DNA of 64,000 bases, taken from the IMG/VR virus record IMGVR_UViG_3300027776_000009; one strand, written 5' to 3'. Positions within the stretch are counted from its first letter, which is position 1. The number at the start of each line of letters is the position of its first letter. This document shows, piece by piece, positions 36,806-48,700 of this stretch. Source of the DNA: a virus (taxonomy: Duplodnaviria > Caudoviricetes). Both the position numbers and the translations under genes were made by a program. The notes below the pieces were generated by a model. That model was not told where the DNA came from, did no database searches, and saw only the letters and a program-made list of their open reading frames with translations.

Positions 36806-39800
36806 TCATCCTCGGTAGGCGGCAATCATTCGCTTACCGATCTCCACGGCCAGCGTGGAGGTGGTTCCAATGAGATCCCCGGAGTTCACAATCCGTTTAT
36901 CGAACGAACGATAACTGAACTTAGCATCCAGAGAAACCCCTTCATCTGTTTCCAGAACACCGGTAAAGACTTCCCCTACCGTCCCTTTCATCTGATTAGC
37001 AAAGACAAACTTATCAGCGACCCCCATGGGGTTAGGTCCAGTAATGTAAATCTTAATAACGGCTTGTTTATCATCAATGGGTTTCCCACTGACTCGCGTA
37101 CCGCGTTCAAGATTAGCTTCACCGACAGCTCGACGGAGTTCTTTATTGGTTCGGCGCATCTTGGTGTCCGATTGTTCAGCCAGTGTTTTCAGACTGGGTG
37201 ACATATCTTCGGTATCGCCGCAATAGACGACCTCAATGCGTTCCACCTTGCCAGGGTATTTGGCCTTGGGGGAGGTTTGTGATAATGACATCAGTGTGCT
37301 GAGTGCTTCATCACTGAAAATATCGGAATTACCGCCACTCGCGTGGTGGATAGTACATAAAATACTTTCAGTAGTGAGTGTTTCTCCGACTTTGACCAGA
37401 TTACGAACCTCTTTATCAAAATCGACCGAGACCTCACGGACACGAGTGATGGTGGTAGCCATCTTCTCCGCAAAGGATTCACTCAGTGCGCACGAATCTT
37501 CGAAGACCGCCTGGACCTCACAGAAGACCGTATAGGCCAATACACCGAACTTCAGCAAGACATTCTTGGGGTTCATGATGTCGGGTGTGTAATACATGCT
37601 GTTGTATAGCAGGATATCACTCTTCTTAAACTCATCCCCGACTTTGAACACCGTATCAAGCTGATGGGGCACGTCTTCACCATCCCACTTTCCGTACTGT
37701 CGCCCCATGGGAAAGCTATCCACCGCACCCGATGCATACTGGATCACCATCACGTCGTTCTGGATCGAGACGATCTTCCCGTCTTCTTTCGCAGCTTGTG
37801 AAAACAAGCGAGAGCTCCGCTGTGCGATTACGCGCTCGTAACCCGTACGTGTAGGCAGAGGAGTGTAACCAACGGCGTGAGTGGTGGCAGAGTTCTGGAT
37901 ATTACAGAAGTTCCCCCGAGTAGGCGAATCACGATCAACTGCTGGTGCTAGCATCACACTCGTACTTAGCATCTTAGCCGGATCCTTAACCGGGTCTTTG
38001 ACGCGCCGAGTCGTGCCACGCAGACTGTTGAAATTGGGATCTGCTGTCAGATAGGTGATAGTAGCCACTTCCCCGGAATCCACTGTAGCCTCAGAGATGA
38101 CCCCCATGGCGTTCTTGTGATACTTCCGCGAAGGTGCAGTCATGGAGCGGCTTGACCGACCCCCATGTCCTGAGTACACCACGACTTCTTGTTCCTTGAG
38201 CGCGTGAATAGGATTGGCATCCTTTACCGGCATCTTGGTTTCATCTTCACTGATCGCTGACCACACGGCGTATGGGTGCATGTCCACCATGGCGTTAGCC
38301 GTACTGGCCTTCATGCTGTAATCCGTCAGTGATCGCATGAGCTGATCGTAAAGTATCCCAGCAAACCGTTCATAGCCCTTGATTCGCATATGTTCCATGT
38401 CCATGGGGTCTGGACACGTATTGAGCGTAAGTTTCTTGGTCGCTGAAATGAAGAGTTCGAACAGTGTTAAGGGTTCATCCATTTCCACCAGCAACCCCCG
38501 GGTAATAGGATCCACCCAGAGGTTGAACATCAGGTCGATCTTACGGAGATGTCGTGCACGGATGTCCACATCGTTCAGGATGTTGGCGTAGACTTCGGGC
38601 TTGTCGAAATGATAGATGCTGTATCGCTTGATCTCGTTGTGGTACCGATTGAATCCTTGCATCAACAACGTCGCTACCGCATCACGTCGATCCAGAATGA
38701 GTTTCTCATCCTGAAACCGCACTACGTACTCCGTAGGACCCAAGGTCTCTCGCTCACCCACCAGGACCCGACGATGTCTTGCCTTAAGGGTTTTCAGCAA
38801 GTTTCCAAGACCTGCCTGCATGGCCAAGAGAATCCCCACAGGAATGTCTTTACCAAAGACGCCAACCTCCACGTAGTCCGTGGGACGTTTTTCCGAAGGG
38901 AGACCCAGAAAGGTATCCAGTTGCCCCATAGCACGTTTCTCATCCAGATTTCCCAGATGCGAAATGTGATAGAGTTCATTGTCAAAGTCCATGACAAGAA
39001 CCCCTTCGGTTCCTTTGGCGACCGGAATCAGTTCCCCCTTGCTTGCGAGTAATACATCCTTGACAACCTGGGCACCGAAGAAATCTTGACCGGCTTTGTA
39101 GTCAAAGTTAAAGGTGTATCCAGCCACTACAAATGACCGAATGCGTTGGGCGATGGCAGCATACGCCGGAGGAACAGCGTGATCCTTCGTGAAGCAGTTG
39201 GCAAACTTGATGTCAGACAGCGCGCCCTCCTGGTTCCCAATTCGGCTGATCTTAATGATCTGGTTACACAGCCACTGATCGTAACTAAACGCCACTCGTT
39301 CCGTTTTGCGAACAAACATCTTGCTGAAGTAACTTGTCAGAGAGACTTCGTCTGGCGCAGTTTTACGAATAGGGGAATCTCCGCGTTGCTTACGCAAACG
39401 GTATATTGTCCCCCCAGCCAGATAGGTTCCATCAGGCTTCACAATCGGTAGTCGGAAGCTAATGGTGTTCGGTTTACCAATCGCTGGGACCAATCGCACG
39501 GTGTGGATTTCGTAGGAATCCTGCATCGTATCAACGCGTCGGATATTGTAATCCTGCACGGCTATCCCAGCTCTTTGAACCGACATGACCGTCGAGACAA
39601 TGTCTTTCGGAAGAATGTTCTCGATATAGCGTTCATCGAAATGCTGAAGAGAGCAGGATCGCATGGAGTTATCCAACACTCCCGTCACTGGACCAATCAT
39701 CTCCGCGGTCTCCGGAACCTGGAGTTCCTCGGGTTTGATCTCCAGAAGATCCGTCAGTTTACCATCCCCGTAAGGGTTAGGTAGGGACTTATACCGTTGG

Positions 39801-41035
39801 CTAATAGCCACCAACCGTCCGTGCTCACCGGCTGAAAGTAATCCCTTCTTTACCAAAGACATCGCTTTGGTTTCCACTGCGTTGTCTATAGTGACTTCTT
39901 TAGCCACGTATCCCTGATAGACTCCTTCTTCTTCTTCAGGAGCAGCTTCTTCATCGGGAATAGCGTCCAGATCCTTATCGACCTGCTGAAGGACTTCCGC
40001 AGTATCCTGCGAGTCTTCCCCCAACAACTGGGAGGTGTCTTCTTTGTCGACTTCATTTTCAGGTAGCTTATCGGCTGCCTTCATGACTTCGTCTAGGGTT
40101 TTCGCAGGGGATGGATTACTGTCTTTATCTGCGGCAGGTGCTGCTTCCGTCACCGAAGCATCTTCAGTGACCACCGTAACGGATTCTTGCAATGACATAT
40201 TCATCCGAAGATAGAGCCGTTGCAGTTGTTCAGGCGTAGCCACTCCCTGTTTATTATCCGGCGTCTTTCGCATGCGCTCCAACAAACCCAGATTCAGCGT
40301 AGCCCACTTACCACCCACCAGCCACACCAAGTTCATGTATTCAACGGCTTCGCTCGGAATACGTGCCAGCGTAGACTGCGAGCGTTCTTCTCCCAACCAC
40401 TGCCACATGTCCGATAGGAAATAACTGCTTTCACCATGCAGGTTTTGGATCACGTTATTCTTACTGTGATCCTTAACCATGTTCAGTTGAGCAATACTGG
40501 GGAGTCGAACTGGAAGATCGACGCGTATGAATTGCTGCCGCCCGGTGTCTTTGGCGATCTCAGCAGCCTTGATCCAGACCATAGACATGGCATTCGCCCA
40601 ACGATCATACTGCATAATAGCCGCATGTCCCATGGGAAGATATCGGTAATGCTTCGCCAAGGGTGCGTAATTCACCACGTACAGCATCCGCTGGTTTCTC
40701 ACGGCTTGCGCATTACTCGCCAAACGCTTAAAGTTCTTGTAGCGCCGATGGAACTCTTGAACGTAGCTGGCATCATTGAACGTCCGAGAATGCGGCTCCC
40801 CACGGAGTCCCTGGATAGGCATATCCACAATGTGATCCACGACGATGTTGTTAGCGTAGCCATTCAGCAACTGATCGTCCGGACTAACCCCATCATCCTC
40901 TTCATCGGTAGTGACGTAGTGATACGCCGAATTGACTGGCAACCGCAGGGTTTCCAGATCGCTCAAGGGCGGTCTCAGCAACTGCGACACGTTCCGCATC
41001 CCGTGCTGGCGATAGAAAATCGCATACGTTTGCAT
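36806..41035 (-). CDS. Virion RNA polymerase beta subunit, N-terminal piece (phiKZ gp178-like)
   Basis: KQRGD.PIRK, GHGGRS.RSM, G.ISEATVDSG, TGYE..IA, FEDS...S, ADKF.FANQMKGT. Confidence 0.9.
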   Translation of the reverse strand: MQTYAIFYRQHGMRNVSQLLRPPLSDLETLRLPVNSAYHYVTTDEEDDGVSPDDQLLNGYANNIVVDHIVDMPIQGLRGEPHSRTFNDASYVQEFHRRYKNFKRLASNAQAVRNQRMLYVVNYAPLAKHYRYLPMGHAAIMQYDRWANAMSMVWIKAAEIAKDTGRQQFIRVDLPVRLPSIAQLNMVKDHSKNNVIQNLHGESSYFLSDMWQWLGEERSQSTLARIPSEAVEYMNLVWLVGGKWATLNLGLLERMRKTPDNKQGVATPEQLQRLYLRMNMSLQESVTVVTEDASVTEAAPAADKDSNPSPAKTLDEVMKAADKLPENEVDKEDTSQLLGEDSQDTAEVLQQVDKDLDAIPDEEAAPEEEEGVYQGYVAKEVTIDNAVETKAMSLVKKGLLSAGEHGRLVAISQRYKSLPNPYGDGKLTDLLEIKPEELQVPETAEMIGPVTGVLDNSMRSCSLQHFDERYIENILPKDIVSTVMSVQRAGIAVQDYNIRRVDTMQDSYEIHTVRLVPAIGKPNTISFRLPIVKPDGTYLAGGTIYRLRKQRGDSPIRKTAPDEVSLTSYFSKMFVRKTERVAFSYDQWLCNQIIKISRIGNQEGALSDIKFANCFTKDHAVPPAYAAIAQRIRSFVVAGYTFNFDYKAGQDFFGAQVVKDVLLASKGELIPVAKGTEGVLVMDFDNELYHISHLGNLDEKRAMGQLDTFLGLPSEKRPTDYVEVGVFGKDIPVGILLAMQAGLGNLLKTLKARHRRVLVGERETLGPTEYVVRFQDEKLILDRRDAVATLLMQGFNRYHNEIKRYSIYHFDKPEVYANILNDVDIRARHLRKIDLMFNLWVDPITRGLLVEMDEPLTLFELFISATKKLTLNTCPDPMDMEHMRIKGYERFAGILYDQLMRSLTDYSMKASTANAMVDMHPYAVWSAISEDETKMPVKDANPIHALKEQEVVVYSGHGGRSSRSMTAPSRKYHKNAMGVISEATVDSGEVATITYLTADPNFNSLRGTTRRVKDPVKDPAKMLSTSVMLAPAVDRDSPTRGNFCNIQNSATTHAVGYTPLPTRTGYERVIAQRSSRLFSQAAKEDGKIVSIQNDVMVIQYASGAVDSFPMGRQYGKWDGEDVPHQLDTVFKVGDEFKKSDILLYNSMYYTPDIMNPKNVLLKFGVLAYTVFCEVQAVFEDSCALSESFAEKMATTITRVREVSVDFDKEVRNLVKVGETLTTESILCTIHHASGGNSDIFSDEALSTLMSLSQTSPKAKYPGKVERIEVVYCGDTEDMSPSLKTLAEQSDTKMRRTNKELRRAVGEANLERGTRVSGKPIDDKQAVIKIYITGPNPMGVADKFVFANQMKGTVGEVFTGVLETDEGVSLDAKFSYRSFDKRIVNSGDLIGTTSTLAVEIGKRMIAAYRG

Positions 41036-41036
41036 C

Positions 41037-42671
41037 TCAATCTCCCGTGTAATTCATAACGACCCGCCGGACGGATTCAATCGAAGGACTAGCCAAGAGA
41101 CCCCCTCGTGGATTAACATAGGAACTCGCCTTGTTAAGCAGTCGTTGGACTTCTTCTACAGCTTCGTCCGTGTAAAGCGCATTCCCCGACATGGTGTCAC
41201 CGTCGTGGTCACCCCCTGCCAATGCAAGACGCGACGGGTGTACTGACATAGCGTCATAGAACACCGGCTCGTCCATATTGGGGTATTCCAACGCGGTGTA
41301 CTCAGCATCCATTGGAATCCAGTTGTCATCCAATTCCCGTCTGGCTACGGCGCCCTCGGTGGTCTTGACGTAAGCATAGGAGTCGTAAATACTCCCCAGT
41401 CCCGTAATGGGGTAACGGGTTGGGACCAGTGGGATTTTAGTCCACTCCCGATACCCAGAGATATAAAGCAACTCTGTCAAGGTTAAGGGATGCACGTACT
41501 TCTTGTCAAACTTCGGATTCCCGACAGGTAATTCCGTGATGTCATTGAAGATCTTAAACGTGTTATCAGGACCTCGATACACCAATCCCAAGTAATACCC
41601 CCGATCCACCACAATGGGTTTGACACGGTTCTGGAAGGAGAAATAGCTATTCAGCACACCTTCCAATCCCGGAGTCGATGTCCACTTATCAATGGCTGAC
41701 GATGAAACACGAATGATTTCACGTCGCAAGGTTTTGGGGTTCACCAGCGCTACATTACCATCCTGACTGAAGACTCGACCGATCCAGCCATTTTGCAGCA
41801 TGTGAATGGTTTTTGGGAGCACAGACTTTGCCAACTGAAAGAGACCAATGAAGGTAGTATTCAATCCAGCGCCACGGCGTCCACCCAATATAGGCTTAGC
41901 AATCGGCATAGCCGTGATAACGTTCCGCGTTCCGTTATAGATCCGCCGACAGCCCCACTTCCCTAAGAAGAACCCACCCTTCCCACTCACGAGGGCATTG
42001 AAGTACTCGTAGATTTCCAGAAAGGTTTGTTGCATGGCGTAGCGCGTGTTGTTTTGCAGACGGTTATCCGTACTACTCACCACCGACAATGCGTTATTCG
42101 CCGCGAGGATGTTACGATAGGGGCCGTTAATATCGCCCTGCTTGGTTCTTCCGGATTCGTCCACCGATACATCCCGAAGACCCGCCGGAAGAATAAGCAG
42201 TTTGTCCAACAGCGCTCGTTCACGCCCCTTGACAATGAACTCGATTCGTAATCCACGAACATCCGAGTCATTGGTTTTGAACTGGATCTTATCCCAATAG
42301 TCCATGAAGAAGGTGAAGCCGGTGTCACCGTCGACTTGATCCGAAGGAACAAAGTCTTCCAGAGTTTCATCCCACGCCGCGTATTCCCGTCCTGAGAAGA
42401 TGCCGGCGTAAAGCTGCTTCAGACGGCAGAGTTGCTTGTAGTAAAACGGATGTAACAACGTGGTCTTCAAGTCGATATAGGAAAAACGTCGATCTCGTTC
42501 ATCGCTCCCAGGGCGACCAAAGGTCAGTACGGAGAACAACCCGTCTTCGTGAAAGGTTGAGGTGCTACCTCCTTCGAACATATCCAACGATCTTGTCGGC
42601 CGCAGATATTGCAGACGCTCCGGCGTCAGTTTGAGCAGTGCCACATTGGCAGGAATACTGGTACGTTGCAT
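41037..42671 (-). CDS. Virion RNA polymerase beta' subunit carrying the catalytic DxDGD (phiKZ gp180-like)
   Basis: FHEDGLFS, ILPAGLRD, GKGGF, RRIYNGTRNVIT, TRYPITG, GGDHDGD. Confidence 0.9.
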   Translation of the reverse strand: MQRTSIPANVALLKLTPERLQYLRPTRSLDMFEGGSTSTFHEDGLFSVLTFGRPGSDERDRRFSYIDLKTTLLHPFYYKQLCRLKQLYAGIFSGREYAAWDETLEDFVPSDQVDGDTGFTFFMDYWDKIQFKTNDSDVRGLRIEFIVKGRERALLDKLLILPAGLRDVSVDESGRTKQGDINGPYRNILAANNALSVVSSTDNRLQNNTRYAMQQTFLEIYEYFNALVSGKGGFFLGKWGCRRIYNGTRNVITAMPIAKPILGGRRGAGLNTTFIGLFQLAKSVLPKTIHMLQNGWIGRVFSQDGNVALVNPKTLRREIIRVSSSAIDKWTSTPGLEGVLNSYFSFQNRVKPIVVDRGYYLGLVYRGPDNTFKIFNDITELPVGNPKFDKKYVHPLTLTELLYISGYREWTKIPLVPTRYPITGLGSIYDSYAYVKTTEGAVARRELDDNWIPMDAEYTALEYPNMDEPVFYDAMSVHPSRLALAGGDHDGDTMSGNALYTDEAVEEVQRLLNKASSYVNPRGGLLASPSIESVRRVVMNYTGD

Positions 42672-42739
42672 AGCCTCGTCCTATATGCAGTGAAGAGAGG
42701 GAATCTATATGACACGACATCTACTGGGGGAGTCCCTAT

Positions 42740-45700
42740 ATGGCTAACAGAGACGATATCGATCTTGGCGATCTGCCCTTTGATGACTTTGGTGATGAGG
42801 GGGAAGGCGGTTTTGGTGGCGGGCCGCAAAACAACAAAAAACGCAAGCCCGTCGAGCAGTTGGTTGGGACACTGAAAACGGGGTTAAAGGCAAACCTGTC
42901 CAGCCCTTCGTTTTACGGGAAGCTGCTAAAAAGAGCGCTTCCTAAGGAATACCAAACTCTGCTGGAAGCGGCCGACACAACGGCTGACAACCTCAAAGAA
43001 CTATACAATATTGCCGCCGATGAAGCTAAGCCTATTAAGGATGAGCTCAAACGCGGCGCACGTATCGCCCTTCCGGGCGCTGAGAAGGTTCTTCCCAAGA
43101 AGCTGACCGAAAAGCTCAAGAAACTGGTTGAGAAGGAGAGCAGTAGCTGGTCAGGAAGTTACGACGCGGAAGGTAACGAGATATCCGCCGGACTCTCGGG
43201 GATCTTCGTTGCTTATCAAGAAGCTCAGCAAAAGAAGGCTGAAGAAACGCGGTCGGAAGAACGCGTCCAGAACATCGCTCAAAACAAATTGCAGCAAGGG
43301 CAGTTATCATTACTGCTCGGGATTTCTAACTCCATTAATCGCATGGTCAGTTACCAAGACCAAGTGACTATGGCGTATCAAAAGAAAACCCTGGAGCTGC
43401 AATACAAACACTATTTTGCCACTCGGAAGCTGGTCGATCTCAATCAGCAGCAGCTCGGGCTTCACAAGAGTTCCTACGAGTTGATCATTAAGAACACGGC
43501 ATTGCCTGAAGCGGTTAAGATCCAGAATAGTGAACTCATGGGTCAGATCATGAAGGAGCGCTTTCTGTCTAGGGTGTCCGAACCCTTCAGTCAATTCACT
43601 GCCAACCTTCTCCCAAAAGTCATGAAGACGGCTTCCGGCCAGATCAAAGGATTTGCTGCCTCGCTCGGAACCAGCTTGAGTCAGATGATCGGTGGGCTGG
43701 AGATGGCGGCCAATATGAACAACGATCCCGACGTGCGGCAGGAAAATACCAACGAGGGTATTGGTGAGCTGCTTCGGTTTGCACTCAGAGGTCAGACCAA
43801 AAAACTGCAAGAGTTTCTGAAGGCGAATCCCAAGATTGCTAAAATGGGCATTAAGGGAACCCGGATGATCCGTAATGCGCCTGATACCGTAGTAGGTGCA
43901 CTGCGTGACCCTAAACGACTGGAGGGTACGGGTAAGGAAGTTGAGAAGAAAATGGTTGAGATGCGTAAGCAGCTCTACGGTCTCTTTGGACGCCAACCGC
44001 CCGGTCAAGAAATTGACCCTGTCACAGGTGAACCCACGGGATTAGGTAGTGGAAAAACTGGCGATGCCATCGACAAAATGATCGAAAAGATCTTTAAGTC
44101 AGTAGCATCCGACTTAGGAGTTCCAGTCCGTGATTCCAAAGTGCGTAAGGGGAATAGCGACCAGATGGATAAGGCGGCCTACTGGACGTTCCAAGCGGAT
44201 CGCACTTTGGTCGAAGTCATTCCAGGGTGGTTAGGAAAGATTCATCAAGAGCTGGCTATTACCCGCACCGGGAAAGCCGATACTCCGGAGATGGTCTACA
44301 ATCACCGAACTGGAAAGTTCGTGACGGTATCGGACGCGGGTAAAGCCGCGGTGGGTAATGTCTTTACCAAGAAGGATAAAGAAAAGATCGATAAGAACAT
44401 GGAATCCGTTCTGGAGCAGATCGATCCCGACAAGAAACTCAAAGCTCCCGCTCGTAAGGCCCTGGCGCGTTATTTACTCGATCGGGCGAATAACTTCCAG
44501 GACATGGATCTTGGCACCCTGGCCGCAGGCGCAGAGCGAGGGTATCCAGAAGTTCTCAAGCGGTACCGTAAAGAGATCTCCAAGTTCTTACAGAAGCGTT
44601 TTGAATACACTCCGGAAGGTAAAGAAGGAGAAAGTTCAGCACAGGCGCAAACCGATCTAATGCATACGGAAGGGCGTTTTGAACGACTCCGTGAAGAGCT
44701 TCCGGACTTCCGGCAAAGGATGGCAGGTGAAGCTTTCCAGAGCAATATTCGGATACTGGAAGAGCAAGGCTTGGTCGTCTATGATGCGGAAACCGGTACC
44801 TACAATGTCAACTGGAACAAAGCCTACGACGAGATCGATGGAGGGCTTCCGAAGCCCGGACGGCGTCGCACGAATCCGGTTCCGGCTAATCCCCCTCCCG
44901 CGTCTCGCGCCTTAGGCGGTCCGGTTCGTCGCAGTTACGCCAAAGGAAGTAATGGACCTATCCGGGGACCCGGAACCAGCACCAGCGACTCCATACCCGT
45001 GAACGTCTCGGATGGGGAAACCGTGGTTAATACCCCAGGGTCTCGGATACCCGGTGCTGCAGCCTTGCTCCGGTTCCTCAACACCATGGGAAATAAAGTC
45101 CGTGGAGTAGACTCCCCCGGGGTGGGGTACGGCGGTAATTCATCGACCTCTCCCGATCAAGCCCAGCAACTGCAAGACGCTATCGATAGACTGACGGAAC
45201 AAAACGCCGAGATGTCTCAAACCATGGCGTCATTGCTGGAGGTCGTCCAGCAGATCCCCAACGTTCCTCTGCAAACTGTCAATGTCGGTGAAGGTCTCGA
45301 TCCGGAAGATATCATTGGTGGACTATCATTGAGCGAACGGATTTCCATCAAGGGGGTTCGCGGGATCCGGAAAGCCGGGTCAGGGCTTCTCAAGGGTGGT
45401 AAGAAACTCATGAAGTGGGGGTCTGGCCGCGTCCGTAAAGGGGTCACAGGTGCCTTTGGACTGATCGGTTCGGCTAGCACTGCTGCACAAACACTGGGTA
45501 AGAAAGCTCTCAGTATGGCAGGGTTCGGACTCAAGAAACTGCAAGACGTTTGGATTGTGGGTGAAGAGCAACCTGTGCTCGCAGCGAAAGATATCCGCAA
45601 GGGTCGCTACGTTGATATGCTGACCAAGAAAGTCATCGAAATTCCGACAGACATTACGGGTCCCGTCATGGATCTGGAAACGGAAGAGCTTGTGATTACG

Positions 45701-48700
45701 CAGGCAGATTTCGATAAAGGCATTTACGGAAAACGGTCTAAGAAACTCCTTAAACGTGTGCTGGGTGCTATTGGTGGGCTGGCTAGTCTGGCTCGGAAAC
45801 CTTTTCAAGCGCTCTCCAAAGTGCTGACAAAGGGTAAGAAGCTGATTGGGAACGTCCTGCGCTATGGGGAAATCCCCCACGACATCTACGTCGCGGGAGA
45901 AGAAGAGCCACGGATCATTGCCAGAGTGATGCGGCAAGGTGGATATCGGCTGAAGTCTACGGGTAAAGTCGTCACCAAGATCAGTCAACTGACCGGCGCT
46001 ATTATCGATGAGGATAACAACACTGTCCTCACGGTTGAAGACATGAAGAAGGGTTTGGTGGACTCTAAAGGACGTCCTATCAAGGGTCTCATGTCGCGAA
46101 TTGCCTCCGGTGTCGCCAAGGTTGCTGCTATCCCCATTCAATTCGGCAAAGCCGCGTTGAAAGCGGCTGGGACGGGCGCGGATATGCTCAAGAAGATGTT
46201 GGGTGGCGGACTGGGTATGCTGAAGGGACTTTTCAGCGGAGCCGGCGTCAGTCTGTTTGGATCTACCAAACCTATCGTCTCCAAACTGGATGCTATCTAC
46301 AACGTACTGAACGATCGTCTACCCGCCAGTAAGAAAAAATCCAAATCCAACGACTCGGACGGAGATGGATTGCGCGACGGGAGCTGGCAGGAACAGGAGC
46401 AAGCCCGAGAAAAGGCCAAGAAAGAAGGTCGCTTTGGTAAACTCTTGGATGCCCTTAAGAGCGGGAAAGACAAAGTCAAGGAGAAAGGTGCTTCGATCTT
46501 CGATAGCCTGAAGAACATGCTGCCTTTGTTAATTGGTGGTGTGACAACTCTGTTTACGAAAATCAGTGGGACGGTGAAACTCATTACCAGCTTCTTGGGT
46601 AAAGGGTCTATCAAAGCCTTGATGAAGACTGCCAGCGTTGTGAAGACAGGAGCTAAGCTACTAAACTCCGGTGTAGGGAAAGCACTAACTTGGGGAGCAC
46701 GAGCGCTGCCATTCCTGGCTTCCGCGGGGAGTGCAATCGCAACAGGCGCTGTCGCTGTACTCACATCACCCGTAACGCTGACGGTTGCTGCCGCTGCTGC
46801 TGTTGCCTATGGTGGCTATAAGCTGTACAAGTACTACAACCAACCCAACACTCCCATCGCTAAGTTCCGAATGGCTCAGTATGGCTTCAATAGCGACGAT
46901 GAAAAGCGAGTCCCGAAAATCATCGAGTTGGAACAGGCGTTGCTGAAAGTGGTGCAAGTATCCGCCAGCGGTCCCGCCACCCTCGGCAAGGGCGTTACGA
47001 TGCAGACCCTGCTCCAGATCTTCGGGGTTAATGAAAAGGAACCCAAACAGGTTGAGAAATGGATTAGCTGGTTTACGGGACGCTTCAAACCGGTCTTCTT
47101 GTCTCATGTCACCGTTTACTACAACATGACCAAGAAGAAAGATATTACTCAAGCGGATAAAACTCTGAGTACCGCACAGAAGTTGGAATATCTCCCTAAG
47201 ATCAACTTCCCCTATAGCGGAAGCTCTCCGTATCTTTACATGATGTCCCCCTTTGGCGATGAAGACAAAGTCCCGCTGGACGATGATGATGACGTCAGCG
47301 ATGCTTATGATTCCGCCATCAGTCTAATCAAGCGCAATGCCAAAGCTAATGACGAAGCCTTGGCTAGTCAGAAGGGAGGTAAGGGCGCCACGGGTAAGGT
47401 GGAGAAGGATACCGGTGGGGTTTGGGACAGTACTAAGAAAGCTTTTGGTACGGCGTATGATGCTACCAAGAACGCGTTAGGTACCGCCGCTAGCGGTTTT
47501 GCCGCGGGTGGGCGTATGCTAATGAAGGGATACAATGCTGCCGTGGATGTTACATCTACTGCGATTGGCGATGCGGCCGCCGCTAATAAGGCGGCTGGGG
47601 GTGGCGTAGGCGGCGCTGCGTCAGCAGCACTGGCTTTTGGTAAATCCGTCAGTGGTCAAGTAGCCTCAGCGGTTGCTAAGGTGGATTCCAACGCGCTCTA
47701 TCAAAACGTACTGAAGTACGCCAAGATGGCTGGCGTAACAACTCCTGCTGGATTGGCCATGTATTTGGGACAAATGCACACGGAATCCGGTGGCTTCAAA
47801 GTAGTGAGTGAAAACCTGAACTACAAAGTTGACACACTAATGAAACTCTTCTCCCGCGCCAAGACAGCGGGTCGACCTGCGGTGGAACAAGTCGTCAAGG
47901 GAGGCCCTCCCGCGATTGCTGAGTTCCTCTACGGTGGCCGCATGGGGAATGATCAACCCGGTGATGGGTGGAAGTATCGCGGACGCGGACCTCTTCAACT
48001 CACGGGTAAGAGCAACTATTCCATGGCCAGTAAAGCACTGGGAATAGATCTGGTCAGTAACCCCGATCTGGTGACAGATCCCGACATCGGGGCTAAAACA
48101 GCCGCTTGGTATTTCAGCACACGGGTTAATGCTAACGCACTGAATAGCGGTGATCTGACTAAGGTCACCAAAGCTATCAATGGGGGGACCATTGGGTTAG
48201 ACCATCGTGGGGAGGCCTACAAAGCGTTTCTAGCGAAGGTTAATGCAGGCACGCTGGATAGTATTAGCAACGCCCCCGCTAAGGCAGGAACCGCTGCTAA
48301 GGCAGATGAAAAGGCGCCTCCGCCGCCTGGCGGTGCTGCAGCCGTCAAAACGTTAGCGCAGTCGGCTAAAGCACCAGGAACCCCTACGACGACCCCTACG
48401 GCAACTCCGGCGTCATCAGCGACCCCTGTGGCTACCACGGTTGGGTCTGCTGCGGCTAAGTCACCCACCTCACTACCTGCTCCAACTACGTCCCCTGGCA
48501 CAGCGCAAGTTGCTCAAGCTAAACAAAGCGAACAGCAACGCGGAACCGCCAGTAGCGGCGCAGTTAACATGGACGCAGTTGCCAACATCATGCGGGATCA
48601 ACTCAACGTCCAAAAGAGTATGGATGCTAAACTTGGAAACATTGACGCAACACTTCTGCGGATTGAGAAGTCAGGACCTGGTGGTAAGGCTGCCGGAGGG

